A DNA stretch of 64,000 nt from Clostridiaceae bacterium (GTDB lineage: Bacteria > Bacillota > Clostridia > Saccharofermentanales > DTU023), in assembly GCA_012518845.1 (NCBI GenBank), contig JAAYRJ010000052.1, positions 14,381 to 78,380 of the forward strand, written 5' to 3'. Of this stretch, positions 60,226 through 64,000 are shown piece after piece (positions within the stretch are counted from its first letter, which is position 1; each line of letters begins with the position of its first letter). The notes beneath the pieces were generated by a model, which saw nothing but the letters and a program-made list of their open reading frames with translations, had not been told where the DNA came from and ran no database searches. Made by a program: the position numbers and the translations under genes.

Positions 60226-61194
60226 ATGGTAAACATAGGAATTGTTGGTTTTGGCAATTTAGGAGCAAGTATTGAAAAATGTCTGGAAAATTTTCCAGAC
60301 ATTAATTTAATTACAGTTTTTACAAGACGTAAACCAGATTCAATAAATAGCAAAGTTAAAGTAGATAAATTTGAGAATATTGATCAATATGAAACAGAGA
60401 TTGATGTTTTGATTTTAGCCGGTGGGTCACAAAAAGATATTCCGGAACAAGGCCCACAATTAATAAGAAATTTCAACACGGTTGATGTTTTTGATAATCA
60501 TGCTGAAGTAAAACAATATTATACAAAAATGAATAAAATTGCCTTGGAAAATAATAAGGTTGCTGTTGTTTCTACTGGCTGGGATCCAGGTTTATTTTCT
60601 TTGGAGCGAACTTTGGCTGATGCAATTTTGCCAAAAGGTAATACACATACTTTTTGGGGCCCTGGTTTAAGCCAAGGTCATAGTGATGTAGTACGTCGTG
60701 TTCCTGGCGTAAAGTATGGTGCTCAATATACAATTCCTAATAAAAAGATGTTGGACGAAGCAAGGCAAGGCAAAAAAATTGAATATAGTACTGCAACCGC
60801 CCATCAAAGAGATGTCTATGTTGTTCTTGAAGAAACTGCTGATTCAGAAGAAGTTAGTGATACAATCAAGAATATTCCTGACTATTTTGCACCGTATCAA
60901 ACAAATGTATATATTATTTCTGAGGAAGAGTTTTTTGCTAACCACCAAGGTATGCCACATGGTGGTACAGTAATACGTTTAGGGGAAACTTCACAGCAAG
61001 TTAAAGCTAATTTTGAATTCAATCTGAATTTATCTAGCAATCCAGAATTTACAGCATCAGTTAGCTTAGCTTATGCGAGAGCAGCTGCCCGCTTAGCAGC
61101 AGAAAAAAATTATGGTGCCAAGACAGTTTTAGATATTCCTATTTCATATCTGTCTAGTAGAACTAAAAGTGAGTTACTTGCTAAATATATTTAA
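60226..61194 (+). CDS. ddh: meso-diaminopimelate D-dehydrogenase
   Basis: IGIVGFGNLGASIEKCL N-terminus and WDPGLFS and GPGLSQGHSD motifs, as in Corynebacterium Ddh. Confidence 0.85.
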   Translation: MVNIGIVGFGNLGASIEKCLENFPDINLITVFTRRKPDSINSKVKVDKFENIDQYETEIDVLILAGGSQKDIPEQGPQLIRNFNTVDVFDNHAEVKQYYTKMNKIALENNKVAVVSTGWDPGLFSLERTLADAILPKGNTHTFWGPGLSQGHSDVVRRVPGVKYGAQYTIPNKKMLDEARQGKKIEYSTATAHQRDVYVVLEETADSEEVSDTIKNIPDYFAPYQTNVYIISEEEFFANHQGMPHGGTVIRLGETSQQVKANFEFNLNLSSNPEFTASVSLAYARAAARLAAEKNYGAKTVLDIPISYLSSRTKSELLAKYI

Positions 61195-61219
61195 AGTTTC
61201 TGAATTTTCTTACTGCAGC

Positions 61220-61247
61220 TTGAATTTTTCTATAAAATACCTAGTAT
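61220..61247 (+). promoter_or_regulatory. Putative glnN promoter
   Basis: TTGAAT (61220-61225), 16-nt spacer, TAGTAT (61242-61247). I saw no TnrA/GlnR-type TGTNAN7TNACA box. Confidence 0.3.
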
Positions 61248-61290
61248 ATTACTTTAATATGATGTTTGACTAATTATGCGAGGGAAAATT

Positions 61291-63378
61291 ATGACACGTT
61301 TTGAATTAATTGAAAATTTTGGCATCAATCAATTTGGTAAATCGGTGATGCGGGATCGCTTGCCTAAACCAGTCTATGAAGCGTGGGAACAGGCAACTTA
61401 TCAAAATATTCCAATTAATCGTGAAATAGCCGATGCAATTGCTCATGCTATGAAGGTTTGGGCTCTTGAAAGAGGCGCAACCCATTTTTGCCATTGGTTT
61501 CAACCCTTAACAGGCAAAACAGCTGAAAAACATACTGCTTTTCTCAAAGAAGATAAGCATGGTTTACCGATTTCTAGATTATCTGGTAAATCATTAATGC
61601 GTGGCGAAACAGATGGTTCATCGTTTCCGCATGGTGGTCTTAGGGACACATTTGAGGCCCGAGGTTATACTTTCTGGGATGTTTCATCCTATGCTTACGT
61701 CAGACAAAATGTTTTATATATTCCTAGTGTCTATGTTAGCTATAATGGTGCCAAATTAGATATGAAAATGCCTTTGATCAAGGCTCGCGAAGCTCTAGAT
61801 CAACAAGCGACTAGGATGCTTCATCTGTTAGGAAAAACAGAGGTTAAATTTGTCAGACCGATGATTGGTTTAGAGCAAGAATTCTTTTTAGTAGATACTG
61901 AAGCTGCAATGAAAAGACCAGATTTACGCTATTGTGACAGAATGTTATTTTCAGCAGAAATGCCAAGAAATGGAGATTACGAATCACCATATTTTAGCTC
62001 AGTTAGTGAGAAAGTCAAAGCCTTTATGCATGATGTAAATCTAGAATGCTGGGCTCTTGGAATTTATACAGTTATTGAACATAATGAAGCGGCACCAGGT
62101 CAATATGAGTTTGTGACTGCATATGACGAAGCAACGACTACCATAGATCAAAATATGCTACTCATGGATGTTTTGAAAAAAGTTGCCTTAAGGCATGGAT
62201 TCACTTGCCTGCTATCTGAAAAGCCATTTGCTAAATTGAGTGGTTCAGGTAAACATAACAATGTTTCTCTAATTGATTCAACGAATGATAATCTATTTGA
62301 ACCTGGTGAAAAAGCATCAGAAGACTTACAGTTTATTGTCTTTTTATCAGCATTTATTCAAGCAGTAGACAAATATCAAGTTTTAATTCGGATGGCTGCT
62401 TCAAATGAAGGGAATGATCACCGTTTAGGTGGACATGAGGCTCCGCCGGGTGTAATTTCAATTTATTTAGGTGATAAATTACATGATCTATTTATGCAGT
62501 TGGCAGAAACTACAGAAATAAGCGCTGTAAAATTAAAAGAAATGACAGCTCCAATTGCCAATTTAGCTACTCAAAGCATTGATGCTACTGATCGTAATCG
62601 GACAGCACCTGTTAGTTTTTCTGGTAATAAGTTCGAAATCAGGATTTTAGGCGCTTCCATGAATGCCTCATCTCTTAATACATTTTTGCTTGCAGCCATG
62701 GCAGAAAGTCTTGAAAATATGGCGGACGAAATAGAGAAAATAAATCCCCAAAGCCAAGATGAACTACATAAAGCAGTAATGCAAGTTACACATGAAGTTA
62801 TGCGCGAGCATCATCATATATTATTTGCAGGCAATGGCTATGACGAAACATGGTATCAAGAAGCAGAAAAACGCGGTCTAATTAAGTTAGACAATTATAT
62901 TGATACTGTTGAAGCTCTAATTGAACCAAAAACGATTAAGCTTTTGGAAAAATTTGATGTCTTAAACAAAATTGAATTAGAAGCCCGTTATCAAGTTTTG
63001 GTTAAGGATTTTATTCATTCAGTTAAAACTCAAGCAAGAATTATTACGCGCATGGGACAAGAAGGTATTTATCCAGCCTTGTTGCGTTATCAAATTGACT
63101 TAGAAAAAGTGGCTATAAATGGCTACAGCAAATCGGCTGAAACTAGAGCGAGATTTAATGCGGATCTGATGGATAAGCTCGATGCTAAAACCAAAGAATT
63201 GGATAACATGATTAATGACATAATTAAGACAGATGATAAAAAGCAAATTATCCAAGATATGCTAGATAAATTACGACCTGCAATCGAAGAGTTAGCTGAT
63301 TTACTACGCACAATAGAGCTTTATTCTCCATATGATATTTATCCTTATCCAACAGAAGAAGATCTAATTGTGGTTTAA
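61291..63378 (+). CDS. glnN: Glutamine synthetase type III (GlnN)
   Basis: About 696 aa. It has the GSIII-type N-terminus, the EHNEAAPGQYEF catalytic block and NGSGKHNN-like SGSGKHNN. The ATG at 61291 follows GAGGGA. Confidence 0.88.
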   Translation: MTRFELIENFGINQFGKSVMRDRLPKPVYEAWEQATYQNIPINREIADAIAHAMKVWALERGATHFCHWFQPLTGKTAEKHTAFLKEDKHGLPISRLSGKSLMRGETDGSSFPHGGLRDTFEARGYTFWDVSSYAYVRQNVLYIPSVYVSYNGAKLDMKMPLIKAREALDQQATRMLHLLGKTEVKFVRPMIGLEQEFFLVDTEAAMKRPDLRYCDRMLFSAEMPRNGDYESPYFSSVSEKVKAFMHDVNLECWALGIYTVIEHNEAAPGQYEFVTAYDEATTTIDQNMLLMDVLKKVALRHGFTCLLSEKPFAKLSGSGKHNNVSLIDSTNDNLFEPGEKASEDLQFIVFLSAFIQAVDKYQVLIRMAASNEGNDHRLGGHEAPPGVISIYLGDKLHDLFMQLAETTEISAVKLKEMTAPIANLATQSIDATDRNRTAPVSFSGNKFEIRILGASMNASSLNTFLLAAMAESLENMADEIEKINPQSQDELHKAVMQVTHEVMREHHHILFAGNGYDETWYQEAEKRGLIKLDNYIDTVEALIEPKTIKLLEKFDVLNKIELEARYQVLVKDFIHSVKTQARIITRMGQEGIYPALLRYQIDLEKVAINGYSKSAETRARFNADLMDKLDAKTKELDNMINDIIKTDDKKQIIQDMLDKLRPAIEELADLLRTIELYSPYDIYPYPTEEDLIVV

Positions 63379-63388
63379 GGAACATAAT

Positions 63389-63772
63389 ATGAGTCAAGAA
63401 CTACCGCATGATCATAATCATTTTTCAGAAAAAATAATTGCGGTTATGCCTAAAGAACAAGAATTTGTTGAAGCTGCACATCTTTTCAAACAACTAGCTG
63501 ATGGGACTCGGCTTAGAATCTTATGGTTTTTGTGTCATACCGAAGAGTGTGGTATCAATATAGCCTCGGCAGTAGGTAAAAGCCAAGCTGTTGTGTCTCA
63601 TCATTTACAAGTTCTAAAGTCTGATAACTTGATTACCAGCAGACGTGAGGGAAAAGAAATTTATTATAAATTGGCTTCTACTGAACATGCCGATCTTATT
63701 CACCGAATCATAGATAGTTATTTTTCTGAAATTTGTCCTGTTGAAGAATTTGGCTTAAGTACTGATAACTAA
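63389..63772 (+). CDS. ArsR/SmtB-family metal-responsive transcriptional regulator
   Basis: LADGTRLRILWFL, wHTH SQAVVSHHLQVLK, and a Cys pair CHTEEC at the alpha3 position. His-rich N-terminus (HDHNH). Confidence 0.85.
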   Translation: MSQELPHDHNHFSEKIIAVMPKEQEFVEAAHLFKQLADGTRLRILWFLCHTEECGINIASAVGKSQAVVSHHLQVLKSDNLITSRREGKEIYYKLASTEHADLIHRIIDSYFSEICPVEEFGLSTDN

Positions 63773-63805
63773 TTTTTATTAAATATTAAAAATTAATCAA
63801 AAAAA

Positions 63806-64000
63806 TTATTTTACCATTAGAGCCCGTAATGCATTGGTAACAGCAATTATTGTTACTCCAACATCGCCAAAAACTGCCAGCCATAGGTTTGCAAATCCAA
63901 AAGTTGCAAGAATTAAAATAATAATTTTGATGGATAAAGCAATTACCAAATTCTGGATAGCAATCCGAAGAGTCTTTCTTCCCACTTTAATTGCATCGGC
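63806..64000 (-). CDS. Heavy-metal translocating P1B-type ATPase, C-terminal 64 aa (5' part lies outside the window)
   Basis: Not in the ORF track because no start lies in the window. The minus-strand translation ADAIKVGRKTLRIAIQNLVIALSIKIIILILATFGFANLWLAVFGDVGVTIIAVTNALRALMVK* matches the last two TM helices of CadA/ZntA/CopA-type pumps. Confidence 0.8.
   Translation of the reverse strand, partial: ADAIKVGRKTLRIAIQNLVIALSIKIIILILATFGFANLWLAVFGDVGVTIIAVTNALRALMVK

Noticed and set aside
1-64000. A search for mobile elements, CRISPR arrays, defence systems, and tRNA/rRNA genes.
   Set aside because: I found no transposase, integrase or recombinase ORFs, no spaced direct-repeat arrays, no GC-rich structured-RNA islands other than the purC leader, and no defence-type gene clusters. 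The window is conserved metabolic core.

Overview
Low-GC (about one third G+C), standard-code, Firmicutes-like chromosomal core region made up almost entirely of biosynthesis and transport genes. I saw no rRNA, tRNA, CRISPR array or mobile element.

Gene order:
- purCEFMND operon behind a ykkC-family riboswitch.
- A roughly 12 kb minus-strand aromatic supraoperon: aminotransferase, pheA, aroB, aroC, aroE-aroK fusion, aroQ, aroA, tyrA and aroG, followed by a MORN protein and an OatA-like acyltransferase.
- HAD hydrolase, MFS transporter and barstar-like genes, then a convergent CorC/DUF21 gene.
- hisZGDCBAF-IE.
- A PII-like/DUF1538 membrane-protein pair.
- A stand-alone large purL.
- EamA-ask-hom-thrC, an oppBCDFA operon, then thrB.
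- A polar amino-acid ABC transporter and a second family-5 peptide/nickel-type ABC transporter.
- lysA-ask-dapA-dapB-ddh.
- Type III glutamine synthetase, an ArsR regulator and the 3' end of a heavy-metal P-type ATPase.

Main observation: every glutamine amidotransferase step in the window appears to have lost its glutaminase half.
- PurF starts MSGIVG, with Ser in place of the N-terminal Cys nucleophile.
- The PurL glutaminase domain reads GIGNGFQ instead of GICNGFQ.
- hisH is cleanly absent, and HisF lacks acidic residues that normally contact or gate HisH.

The same window carries an NH4+-dependent Ddh lysine route and a GlnN-type glutamine synthetase. Together these suggest direct-ammonia biosynthesis.

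Other points:
- A PRPP-type (ykkC subtype 2) riboswitch precedes purC.
- The fused 2xDUF1538-PII membrane protein sits next to a tandem-PII protein.
- The CorC gene's conserved N-terminus lies upstream of any ATG/GTG/TTG, with a probable CTG start.
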